The notes below the pieces were generated by a model. The model was not told the origin of the DNA and did not search any database. It saw only the letters and a program-made list of their open reading frames with translations. From an uncultured Bacteroidota bacterium (GTDB lineage: Bacteria; Bacteroidota; Bacteroidia; UKL13-3), in contig CAILJQ010000265.1 in assembly GCA_903834625.1 (NCBI GenBank), forward strand, positions 1 to 63,382: DNA of 63,382 nucleotides. The letters run 5' to 3'. Positions 37,535-46,367 of the stretch are shown here, in pieces (the first letter of the stretch is position 1; each line of letters begins with the position of its first letter). Made by a program: the position numbers and the translations under genes.

Positions 37535-39610
37535 TTATTCTATATTATGTGCTGATTTGATCTGAGAAATCAGGCCTGCGAAATACGACATTTTCTCGGG
37601 ATAATGCAACCCTAATTTTTCATACATCTGAATGGCCTTTTTATATAAACCTTGTCTGGCATAAATCTTTGCAAGTGTCTCGCTTACAATCTCATCACTT
37701 TCTTCTGCGCTTTGTTTGGCAATATTAACCGGATTGTAGAACTCGCTTTTTGGTCGGGCAATACTTGGGTTTTCTCTAATAAATTTATCCAAAATAGATT
37801 CAACAGAAGCTGGATCGCGGTTTATTTTTGGTGCTGGCATTTCTGCCAATTTAGGTTTAACAGTTTCTTCGCTTTCAGGTATGCTCAAGCCTGGGAATTC
37901 TGTTGGTTCAGGTTCTGATTTTTTGAGAGAAACAAATGGCTCTGTCCACTCTTTTTGTGGCGACGGCGTGCTGCCTTCAAAAATGGCATAAAAACCGTCT
38001 TCAAAAATAGCAGGGTTATAGGTTACTTGCTCATAGATAGGAGCCAAGAAGAAATTTACTTCATGGTTTATAAGGCTATCTAAAGCATTGGGTTCCATTT
38101 CCTTTTCAGGGGCTTTGGTTTCGGTTCGAACCGAATTTGCTTGCTCTATATTGGCAACTGTTTCTGAAGGAAGATTGCTTTGAATGGTTTGGCTTAGTTC
38201 GCTGTTAGAAAGAGATGCCAATTTATTTTGGAAGGCAAATACAAACTCATTGTCCTCTTCTCTTGGTTCTTTTGTTACTACCTGCGAAACAGGAATTTCT
38301 TGAGCAGGAATTTGAACTTCTTCAACAGCATCCTCCTTGTTTGAAAGTTCTATGTGTTCCTTTTCTTCTTGTTGTTGAACAATCCATTGCAAGAAGGCGG
38401 GATCTGCAGGTGTTTCATGCTCGTTGTTTGCTGCTGGCAATGGAGCAGTTTCTGGTAACTCAGGGATGTTTATTTCCGTGTTTACATTTTCATCTAAAAG
38501 GTTAGATAAATCTACCATTTTAGTTGTAGGCGATACCTCAATACTAATTGGTTGGGTCTCAGCAAAAGGTTCAGATTGTATTTCTATTTCAACTTGCTCT
38601 ACCTCCAACTCTACCTCCAACTTTTTCTCCTCAATCTCCTCCTGCTCCAACTCAAACACTTGTTCTTTCTCTTCAATCTCCTCTTGCTTCAACTCAAACA
38701 CTTGCTCTTTCTCCTTCATCTCCTCTTGCTCGAACTCAAACACTTGTTCTTTCTCTAACTCTACTTCTTTCTCCTCTTGCTTCTTCGGTGTGTGATCTAC
38801 AAATGCATTCAGGCTACTGATATCAAAATCTTCTAGCACATCTGCATTTGGCTCTAGTAAATCATGAATGAGTGAGAGGTCTTCTTCCAACTCAAAAGGC
38901 TCTGGTTTTGGCTTCGGTATAAATTTAACAAATTTTCCAGCGGCTTGAACCAATTTTTCCTCATCTGTAATTTCGTTGGAAGATTTAGGAGTTTCTTTAA
39001 CAGGAGGAGGGGTGGTTTCAATTTTTGGAAGGATAAATGCTGGTTTGCTTTCTTCTTGAATAGGATTCATTTTAGGTGAATCATCAAGAGAGGTAACAAA
39101 ATCAAAGTTGTTTTTATCTTCCTCCAAAGGATCTTCCAGAGATTCTATCACAAAATCAATTTCACCATCAGGAGTTATTTCAAGAGGTTTTTCAGGAGCA
39201 ATTTGAACTTTTTCTGGTTCAATTATTTTATCCTCTACAACAGGAATTGGCGTAATTTCTTCTATTGCTACAGCTGTTTCAATGATTGGGGTTTCAACAA
39301 CTGTAGCGAGCGGACTAGCTTGAATTTGCAGGTTTTCTACCTGATGCTTCAATTCCAATTCGCTCTCGGTTTCAAGTGGCAAGTCGTGCACCAGGTTATA
39401 CAAAACTGCGCGGTTACCTGCTTGTAAAGCGGCCTCTTTGAGGAATTTATCGTACTCGTAATGTTTGGTATTGAACAAAGATTTTACATGCAAATTTCTG
39501 GCAATAGAGAAATAGGGGTATTGGGTTACCAAAGCCCTTAGCTTCTCTATATCGGCCTCACCCATTTTGGTGGGGTCTTTTACCAAACTTGTAAAATCGT
39601 ATTTATTCAA
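37535..39610 (-). CDS. acidic low-complexity protein with a C-terminal TPR-like motif (conserved hypothetical)
   Basis: 691 aa. The ends look conserved: the N-terminus has ...QYPYFSIARNLHVKSL and the C-terminus has LAKIYARQGLYKKAIQMYEKLGLHYPEK. The central part is E/P/V-rich with 14-aa tandem repeats. TTG start (alternative ATG at 39565). Confidence 0.6.
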   Translation of the reverse strand: MNKYDFTSLVKDPTKMGEADIEKLRALVTQYPYFSIARNLHVKSLFNTKHYEYDKFLKEAALQAGNRAVLYNLVHDLPLETESELELKHQVENLQIQASPLATVVETPIIETAVAIEEITPIPVVEDKIIEPEKVQIAPEKPLEITPDGEIDFVIESLEDPLEEDKNNFDFVTSLDDSPKMNPIQEESKPAFILPKIETTPPPVKETPKSSNEITDEEKLVQAAGKFVKFIPKPKPEPFELEEDLSLIHDLLEPNADVLEDFDISSLNAFVDHTPKKQEEKEVELEKEQVFEFEQEEMKEKEQVFELKQEEIEEKEQVFELEQEEIEEKKLEVELEVEQVEIEIQSEPFAETQPISIEVSPTTKMVDLSNLLDENVNTEINIPELPETAPLPAANNEHETPADPAFLQWIVQQQEEKEHIELSNKEDAVEEVQIPAQEIPVSQVVTKEPREEDNEFVFAFQNKLASLSNSELSQTIQSNLPSETVANIEQANSVRTETKAPEKEMEPNALDSLINHEVNFFLAPIYEQVTYNPAIFEDGFYAIFEGSTPSPQKEWTEPFVSLKKSEPEPTEFPGLSIPESEETVKPKLAEMPAPKINRDPASVESILDKFIRENPSIARPKSEFYNPVNIAKQSAEESDEIVSETLAKIYARQGLYKKAIQMYEKLGLHYPEKMSYFAGLISQIKSAHNIE
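38120..38135. repeat. 16-bp perfect palindrome TTCGGTTCGAACCGAA (contains the iterated motif)
   Basis: Read directly from the sequence. It lies inside the 37535..39610 CDS, where it encodes SVRTE. Confidence 0.9.
38609..38776. repeat. 42-bp tandem repeat inside a CDS (2 full and 2 degenerate copies)
   Basis: The units at 38651-38692 and 38693-38734 differ at about 6 of 42 positions, and the flanking units are half-conserved. They encode EKEQVFELEQEEIE-type repeats on the minus strand. Confidence 0.85.
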
Positions 39611-39657
39611 AACCGTTATTTTCAGGCAATATATACAAAAATAAAATAGGTGTCAAT

Positions 39658-40182
39658 TTACCAATTGATAAAGGCGCGGTTAAATATATCTTGCACCATG
39701 CCATCGCATATTTTGGTGATCAAGTCTCTTTCCACACTGTTGAAATCGAGGTTGGAGTCGAAGTCCTGAAAATTGGTAAATGTTTGGGTAAAACCTTTGG
39801 CTTCGTCTAGTTTGTTTACGCAAGTGATTTCAACGGTAACTGTAAGCCTATTTACCGCATTGGTTTGATTTCCTTGAATGGCCACAGGGGCTGTTAGATA
39901 AGATTGAATTTTGCCACTAAAGGCCAAATCACCTTCTTCGTTGGTTAATTTTAGCGGGGTTTCGTTGATGAATTTTGTTTTGATTTTTTCGGTAAGTGTT
40001 TGACTTAACGTAGGAGCCACAATGGTGGCATTGTTAACAATATAGGCAACGCTAAATGTTTTGGCATTGGGGTCGATGGAGGCACCACTTTGGGTATAAC
40101 ATGCGCTCAAAGAAAAGAACAAGGGTAAACTTGTAAATAATAAGAGCCATAACAACGGTTTTTTTAAATGCTTGTCATTCAT
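39658..40182 (-). CDS. lptE: LptE-like LPS-assembly lipoprotein
   Basis: Lipobox FSLSAC, about 175 aa, in the conserved Bacteroidota position upstream of the TPR protein and secG (synteny from memory). The start is taken at the ATG at 40182; the ORF-track start is a TTG at 40191. Confidence 0.6.
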   Translation of the reverse strand: MNDKHLKKPLLWLLLFTSLPLFFSLSACYTQSGASIDPNAKTFSVAYIVNNATIVAPTLSQTLTEKIKTKFINETPLKLTNEEGDLAFSGKIQSYLTAPVAIQGNQTNAVNRLTVTVEITCVNKLDEAKGFTQTFTNFQDFDSNLDFNSVERDLITKICDGMVQDIFNRAFINW

Positions 40183-40188
40183 GTGGCT

Positions 40189-40196
40189 CAAAAATA
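40189..40196 (-). promoter_or_regulatory. candidate -7 box (TATTTTTG) immediately upstream of lptE
   Basis: The reverse complement of CAAAAATA matches TAnnTTTG. It ends only 6 nt before the ATG at 40182, which implies a leaderless or near-leaderless mRNA if it is real. Confidence 0.3.
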
Positions 40197-40220
40197 CAAT
40201 TTTCGGGCCAATGAGAAGAC

Positions 40221-40259
40221 AAAAAAAAGGCTGCTTCGATGGAAACAGCCTCTTTTTTT
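40221..40259 (-). terminator. rho-independent terminator after gltA
   Basis: On the minus strand: AGAGGCTG-tttccatcgaag-CAGCCT followed by T8. It begins about 15 nt after the gltA stop. Confidence 0.7.
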
Positions 40260-40273
40260 AAATTTATGGAATG

Positions 40274-41587
40274 TTATGCTTGCTGTTTTGCAGCTACATT
40301 TTTCTTTAACCATTCAAAGGTTACAGATTTTGGTCTTTCAATTGGTAAGCCTAAAGCTCTGTCCCACATCAAAGAAGCCATAACTCCAAGGGCTCTACTT
40401 ACACCGAACAAAACGGTATAGAAATCGTATTCGTTCATTCCATAGTGTAATAACAATGCACCAGAATGGGCGTCTACGTTTGGCCAAGGATTTTTGATTT
40501 TACCAGTATTTTCAAGAATTGGAGGGGCTACCTCATAAATATTCCAAACAATATTTACCAAAACATCATCTGGCATATAGGTTCTGGCAAATTCTTGTTG
40601 CGCCAAGAATCTTGGATCTGTTTTACGTAATACGGCATGACCATATCCAGGAACTACTTTTCCATTGGCCAAAGTTTTTTGGATATAGGCAGCAATTTCA
40701 TCTTTGCTTGGTGAGTGACCAATTTCTTTTTGCAATTCCATGATCCAACGCACAACTTCTTGGTTAGCTAGTCCATGCAATGGTCCGGCTAATCCGTTCA
40801 TTGCAGCTGCAAAAGACAAATAAGGGTCGCTTAAGGCTGAACCAACCAAATGGGTGGTATGGGCAGAAACGTTTCCACCTTCATGATCTGCGTGAATGGT
40901 TAAATACAAACGCATCAACTTGTAGAATTCTACTTGATCAAAACCTAGCATATGGGCAAAGTTTGCGGCCCAATCCAATTCTGGTTTTGGAGCAATATGC
41001 TCATTGTTTTTGTAGGTACGTCTATAAATATAAGCTGCCACACGTGGCAAACGTGCCAACAAGTTGCATACATCTTCGTAAGTTGGATCCCAATAATCTT
41101 TTTTGTTGATACCATCTCTGTATGCCTTGGCAAATACAGATTCAGTTTGCATGGCCATGATACCAATGCTAAATTGGGTCATAGGATGTGTGGTAATAGG
41201 TAAAGCATCTATAGCAGCAAAAACATGCGCAGGCACTTCAGCTCTTTCTCTCCAATTTTGTTGGATTTCTAACACATCATCATAGGTTGGCATTTCGCCT
41301 AACAACATGAGGTAGAACAAGCCTTCTGGCAATGGTTCTGTGCCTCCTGGTACTTTTGGTAATTGTGCACGCAATTCAGGGATAGAATATCCTCTGAAAC
41401 GGATTCCTTCATTGGCATCGAGGAGAGATGTTTCTGTTAATAAACCTATAATGCCTTTTTGTCCGGCATATACATCTTCAACGGTAAATTCTCCGAGGGC
41501 TACATTTCCGTTTTCTTTAACAAATTGTTTAATTTCAGCCGACAGGGGAAGGGCTTTTGCAATGAATTTTTCCTTTAACTGACCCAT
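40274..41587 (-). CDS. gltA: citrate synthase
   Basis: 437 aa with the catalytic-region motifs GPLHGLANQEV and VPGYGHAVLRKTDPR. Confidence 0.95.
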   Translation of the reverse strand: MGQLKEKFIAKALPLSAEIKQFVKENGNVALGEFTVEDVYAGQKGIIGLLTETSLLDANEGIRFRGYSIPELRAQLPKVPGGTEPLPEGLFYLMLLGEMPTYDDVLEIQQNWRERAEVPAHVFAAIDALPITTHPMTQFSIGIMAMQTESVFAKAYRDGINKKDYWDPTYEDVCNLLARLPRVAAYIYRRTYKNNEHIAPKPELDWAANFAHMLGFDQVEFYKLMRLYLTIHADHEGGNVSAHTTHLVGSALSDPYLSFAAAMNGLAGPLHGLANQEVVRWIMELQKEIGHSPSKDEIAAYIQKTLANGKVVPGYGHAVLRKTDPRFLAQQEFARTYMPDDVLVNIVWNIYEVAPPILENTGKIKNPWPNVDAHSGALLLHYGMNEYDFYTVLFGVSRALGVMASLMWDRALGLPIERPKSVTFEWLKKNVAAKQQA

Positions 41588-41708
41588 TTTTTAAATCGTA
41601 ATCTTTAATACTAAGTAATAACCGCGCTAAATTAGTATTTGTTTGCCGATTTAAACAAAAAGTTTCATAAAATTGAGAAAGTATTATTTTTACACCGAGC
41701 CCATTGCT

Positions 41709-44030
41709 ATGAAAATAAAGCCGTTTCAGCTATTCATGATATTCGTCATTCTCCTGAGTTCCAATATTCAGGCGCAGAATTTGTTGATCAAAGGCATTGT
41801 TTTAGATGAGACAACCTACAAGCCATTGCCCGCCACATCTGTAAGTTTAGATAAAAAAAATATTGCTTTTACAGATTCAAATGGCTTTTTTTCTTTCAGC
41901 ACCCAACCTGGTAAACATCTTATAAAGGTAAGTAGAATTGGATACCGAAACACTGAATATCCCATTGATGAGCAATTATCGGGTAAGCGTGACATTCAAA
42001 TTCTATTGGTTCCATTCGTAAATCAATTGAATCAAGTGGTAGTGGCAGGCTCGCGTGGAGCAAAAGAAGTTTCAAGAGAGGTAACTTCCATTAATATTAT
42101 TCAACCTTATTTAATAGCAAATAGCAATTCGGCAGATTTATCGGAGGTGCTTAACAAAGTGCCTGGCGTAATGGTGGTTGATGGTCAGGCTACCATTAGA
42201 GGAGGGGTTGGTTTTTCTTACAACACAGGTAGCAGGGTGGCAGTGCTCTTAGATGATATGCCCTTGTTGGGAGCAGATTTGGCCGATGCGCGTTGGACAT
42301 TTCTTCCTATTGAATCGGCAGAACAAATAGAGGTAATTAAAGGTTCTGCCTCTGTTTTGTATGGCTCTTCGGCTTTAAATGGAACGGTGAATGTACGTAC
42401 GGGTTGGGGAACAGAGAAGCCTCAAACCAAATTTCAGTTTTACCAAGGCATTTTGTCGAACCCCAAAAGGACAGAAACCATATGGTGGAATCGCACGGCC
42501 CATCCCATGAATGGGGGAATGTTTTACAGCCACAAGCAAAGTTGGGGCAAATTTGACCTAGTTACTTGTGGGAATTTAAACGCTATACATAGTCATTTAC
42601 AATTTGCCGATGCTTACAGGGCGCGTAACTATTTAAAGACGAGGTATAGGTTCACCAAAAATTTTAGTGCGGGTATCAATTTAAATATCATGTATGAGGA
42701 GGCCGGGAGGTTCTTTCTTTGGCAAAATGCCGATTCAGGCGCATTAAAGCCTATAGACAATTATGTGGTAGATGATTTTTACCGCATTGTTTCTATTGAC
42801 CCACATGCAGAATGGCGCAAAGGCAAATTGGTTCAAACCTTTAAAGGTAGGATATACCAAATCAAACGATTTGTGGACAGGGTATTATTCCCCGCAGATA
42901 ATGATGCCATTGCCAACTTATATGCATTTGATTATAACTTACGAACCAAGTTATATAAGAACCTAGACCTTACTGCCGGAACTTATTTAACCACTTTATG
43001 GGCTGTGGGAAATGTATACAAAGGGGAGTTTGCAGGATTTAGTGCAGCGGCCTTTGCACAAATGGATTACAGATATAAACGTTGGAGTTTTGTTTTAGGT
43101 GGAAGGTATGAAGTGAATGGGTTGGATGTGTATTCTGAACCAACTGGTTTGTTAAAAAGGATAGGGGTAAATTATGAGCTAAGAGAAAAGACGTTTATCC
43201 GCGCCAACTACTCAGAAGGCTATCGTTTCCCAACTATTGGAGAAAAGTTTGTAGAAGACAAAGCGGCCAGTTTGCGCATTTTCCCGAACCATGATTTGGT
43301 TTCGGAAAAAGGATGGACAGCAGAAATTGGCGTGCAGCAGGGTTTTAAAATAGGGAACTTTAGTGGAGCTTTCGACTTTACCTTCTTTAACCAAGAATAT
43401 GATAGTATGATAGAGTTTAGGTTCGACCAATGGCTTTCTTCTGTTGACCACCCTAATGTTCCCTTGTTGCAGAGAATAGGTTTTAAGGCAGTTAATATTG
43501 GTCAGACACGCACCGCTGGTTTTGAAATTAACTTAAGTGGAGAAGGCAGAATAGGAGATGTGTTGATTAGAACCTTAGGAGGCTTTACCTACGCTATGCC
43601 TGTTAATATTTCTGCCGATGCCCAAATGAAAGAATGGGGCTATTACTCTAAAGCGCTGTTTGGGAGTTTGGGAGAGTTAGACAGTGCCAAATATTACAAT
43701 GCTTTGTTGCCTTACAGAAATAGGAAAACTGCTAAAATTGACTTTGAAGCGGGTTATAAAAAGTTCCTTATTGGCTATTCATGTAACTATTACAGCATTT
43801 ATGAAAAAATAGATCCGTTTTTTACGGTGTTTACACCAACCGTAAATACGTTTTTTGAACGAGCAGGTAAAGGTGATTTTGTGCAGAATATCAGGTTTTC
43901 ATTTCAAATGAATGAAACCAGTAGAATTGGGATCTTAATAAACAACTTCACTAATGTTGAGTATGCCACAAGGCCATGTAAAATTGATGCTCCTCGCAGT
44001 TTTAATGTACAATTAAGGGTGATGTTCTAA
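41709..44030 (+). CDS. TonB-dependent receptor with an N-terminal carboxypeptidase-regulatory-like domain
   Basis: It has a signal peptide and a CarbopepD_reg-like segment (IKGIVLDETTYKPLPATSVSL). A plug domain follows (IEVIKGSASVLYGSSALNGTVNV), then a large barrel ending ...QLRVMF. The start is at the ATG (MKIKPF). Confidence 0.85.
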   Translation: MKIKPFQLFMIFVILLSSNIQAQNLLIKGIVLDETTYKPLPATSVSLDKKNIAFTDSNGFFSFSTQPGKHLIKVSRIGYRNTEYPIDEQLSGKRDIQILLVPFVNQLNQVVVAGSRGAKEVSREVTSINIIQPYLIANSNSADLSEVLNKVPGVMVVDGQATIRGGVGFSYNTGSRVAVLLDDMPLLGADLADARWTFLPIESAEQIEVIKGSASVLYGSSALNGTVNVRTGWGTEKPQTKFQFYQGILSNPKRTETIWWNRTAHPMNGGMFYSHKQSWGKFDLVTCGNLNAIHSHLQFADAYRARNYLKTRYRFTKNFSAGINLNIMYEEAGRFFLWQNADSGALKPIDNYVVDDFYRIVSIDPHAEWRKGKLVQTFKGRIYQIKRFVDRVLFPADNDAIANLYAFDYNLRTKLYKNLDLTAGTYLTTLWAVGNVYKGEFAGFSAAAFAQMDYRYKRWSFVLGGRYEVNGLDVYSEPTGLLKRIGVNYELREKTFIRANYSEGYRFPTIGEKFVEDKAASLRIFPNHDLVSEKGWTAEIGVQQGFKIGNFSGAFDFTFFNQEYDSMIEFRFDQWLSSVDHPNVPLLQRIGFKAVNIGQTRTAGFEINLSGEGRIGDVLIRTLGGFTYAMPVNISADAQMKEWGYYSKALFGSLGELDSAKYYNALLPYRNRKTAKIDFEAGYKKFLIGYSCNYYSIYEKIDPFFTVFTPTVNTFFERAGKGDFVQNIRFSFQMNETSRIGILINNFTNVEYATRPCKIDAPRSFNVQLRVMF
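42830..42839 (+). repeat. iterated motif copy GGTTCAAACC
   Basis: Inside the TonB-dependent receptor gene, encoding LVQTF. Confidence 0.9.
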
Positions 44031-44051
44031 TTTTAATTCTTTATTTGCAGG

Positions 44052-45251
44052 ATGAAATCGAGGTCGCCTATTGTTGTATTGTTCTTAACCATATTCATTG
44101 ATTTACTTGGATTTGGATTGGTTATTCCCATTTTTCCTATTTTCTCCAAGGAACTACATGCTACCTCCTTACAGATAGGCTTTATTGCAGGATTGTATTC
44201 GCTCATGAACTTTTTGTTCTCGCCTTTATGGGGAACACTTTCTGATAGAATTGGGAGAAGGCCTGTGATGCTGGTAAGTATTTTTATTACCATGTGTGCC
44301 TATGTGTTTTTTGCTTTTACCCACGATTTATTGTTTTTGGTTATCTCACGCATATTTGCAGGTATTGGTTCAGCCAATATTTCTGCCGCCCAAGCTTATA
44401 TAGCAGATATTACTGAACCTAAAGACCGTTCAAAATACATGGGTTTAATTGGTGCTGCATTTGGATTGGGATTTATATTTGGTCCGCCTATTGGTGGATA
44501 CCTTAAGGCCATGAGTGGCATTGGAAGTGTGGATATGGTGGGTTATGTAGCTGCGGCTTTATGTGCTATAAATTTAGTAATGGCTTATTTCTTATTGCCT
44601 GAATCTATTAAAGTAAAACAAACCCAAAAGAAGTTTGAATTTAAGCCCATTAGTAATTTGGTATATGAGTTAAAGAAGCCCATTATCAGCGAACTTTTTA
44701 CCCTCAATTTCATTTTCATTTGTGCCTTTTCTATGATGCAAATTACGGCCTCCATATTATGGGTTGAACGCTATTTGTTATCGGAGAAAGAGGTAGGTTT
44801 TGTTTTTATGTTTATTGGAGTGGTGGGAGCCATTGTGCAAGGCGGTTTGGTAGGCAAGCTTACCAAAAAGTTTGGCGAGAAAAAACTATTGTTAATGGGC
44901 TCTTTGTTTATGGTGGTTGGATTGGCAAGCATTCCTTATGTACCCGTTGAACATTTTTGGTTGCAATTAATAAGTATGACATTCATTGCATTTGGTAATG
45001 GTTGTATTTCCCCGGCTTTAAGTTCTCTTATTTCACAAGAGGCAGAGCCACATGAACAAGGTCAGGTACTGGGTATGAATATGTCGTTTGGTTCATTAGC
45101 AAGAGTTGTTGGTCCCGCTGTTGGTGGTATCTTGTATGATTTCCATTATACACTTCCTTATATTGCGGGCGGTTTATTGATGCTTGTTTCCTATTATTTA
45201 GGGCATGTATTGGTTCATCAAAAATTACGTACAGAAGTTACAGCTGCTTAA
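44052..45251 (+). CDS. MFS transporter (12 TM, TetA/drug:H+ antiporter-like)
   Basis: 399 aa with the MFS motif A-like GTLSDRIGRRPVM. Confidence 0.8.
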   Translation: MKSRSPIVVLFLTIFIDLLGFGLVIPIFPIFSKELHATSLQIGFIAGLYSLMNFLFSPLWGTLSDRIGRRPVMLVSIFITMCAYVFFAFTHDLLFLVISRIFAGIGSANISAAQAYIADITEPKDRSKYMGLIGAAFGLGFIFGPPIGGYLKAMSGIGSVDMVGYVAAALCAINLVMAYFLLPESIKVKQTQKKFEFKPISNLVYELKKPIISELFTLNFIFICAFSMMQITASILWVERYLLSEKEVGFVFMFIGVVGAIVQGGLVGKLTKKFGEKKLLLMGSLFMVVGLASIPYVPVEHFWLQLISMTFIAFGNGCISPALSSLISQEAEPHEQGQVLGMNMSFGSLARVVGPAVGGILYDFHYTLPYIAGGLLMLVSYYLGHVLVHQKLRTEVTAA

Positions 45252-45304
45252 ACAAATGTTTGTTTCTGTGGTTTGAATGATTTAGTCTATTATTTTATTG
45301 AAGC

Positions 45305-46366
45305 ATGAGAAAGTTTAGAGGACTTATAATTTTATTGGCAGTATTGGCTGTATTGTTTATTCCCAAGTTTTTTTGTGGGGATAAGAAAATGGAGGTTGGA
45401 CCCAAAGGTGGAGGTGGAGGACCGAAGTCGAAGGTAGCAGTAAGCATACAAGTATTACAAGCAGAAAAGGTATCACCCTTATACCAAGTGAGCGGAACCC
45501 TTGAGGCAAATGAGCAGGTAGATTTACATGCTGAAACCCAAGGTTTGGTTACCCGTTTGTATTTTAAAGAAGGAGCCCATGTAAGCAAAGGAGAGTTGCT
45601 GTTGAAGATGAATGATGCAGAATTTCAAGCGCAACTGAAGAAAGCAATGGCAACTAAAAAATTGAAAGCTGAGAATGCTAATAGGAATGCCATTTTATTG
45701 AAGAAAGAGGCTATTTCTCAAGCAGATTATGATTTGGCAGTGTCTGAATTAAATGCCATTGAGGCCGATATCGATTTTTTAAAAGAGCAAATCAGAAAAA
45801 CAGAAATACGTGCACCCTTTAGTGGTATGATAGGTTTAAGAAATATTAGTGAAGGGACTTACCTAACTCCTTCAACTGTTATAGCCACCTTAGAGGATCC
45901 TTCGCAATTAAAATTAAGCTTTTCGGTTCCTGAAAAATATGCCTTAAAAATAAAAGTAAATGATCCCATTCATTTTAAGGTGAGTGGTTCTGACGAAGAA
46001 TTTACGGCAAAAATTTATGCACGTGATGCCAGTGTTTCTGCGCAAACAAGAACCATTCGCATGAAGGCTTTATGTGCCAATGCTGGGTCTAAATTGATGC
46101 CTGGATTGTTTGCAAACATTAGCCTTACCCTTGGTTCAGACCGAAACTCTTTTATGATACCAACCCAATCTTTGGTGCCAGTGTTAAAAGGACAAAAGGT
46201 GTTTATTGTGAAAGGAGATTCTGCACTTGATGTGATGGTAAAGACAGGCTTTAGAAGTGAGAATAAAATTGAAATAACCGATGGCTTGCACGAAGGAGAT
46301 TCATTGGTTGTTGATGGTATTATGTATATGAAAAAAGGGGTGAAGGTAAAGGTGAGCAAGAAATAA
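45305..46366 (+). CDS. RND efflux periplasmic adaptor (membrane fusion protein)
   Basis: 353 aa with an N-terminal anchor, a coiled-coil hairpin region and a beta-barrel domain. It lies directly upstream of the RND pump. Confidence 0.85.
   Translation: MRKFRGLIILLAVLAVLFIPKFFCGDKKMEVGPKGGGGGPKSKVAVSIQVLQAEKVSPLYQVSGTLEANEQVDLHAETQGLVTRLYFKEGAHVSKGELLLKMNDAEFQAQLKKAMATKKLKAENANRNAILLKKEAISQADYDLAVSELNAIEADIDFLKEQIRKTEIRAPFSGMIGLRNISEGTYLTPSTVIATLEDPSQLKLSFSVPEKYALKIKVNDPIHFKVSGSDEEFTAKIYARDASVSAQTRTIRMKALCANAGSKLMPGLFANISLTLGSDRNSFMIPTQSLVPVLKGQKVFIVKGDSALDVMVKTGFRSENKIEITDGLHEGDSLVVDGIMYMKKGVKVKVSKK
46133..46142 (+). repeat. iterated motif copy GGTTCAGACC
   Basis: Inside the RND adaptor gene, encoding LGSDR. 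Confidence 0.9.
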
Positions 46367-46367
46367 T

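Noticed and set aside
38609-38776. Regularly spaced direct repeats, considered as a CRISPR-like array
   Set aside because: The units are contiguous 42-bp repeats with no unique spacers, are in-frame within a CDS, and no cas genes are present.
38424-38820. Three overlapping plus-strand ORFs (68-123 aa) rich in S/L/C/F across the repeat region
   Set aside because: They are the reverse-frame readout of the GAA/GAG-rich tandem repeats of the 691-aa minus-strand gene and are not independent genes.
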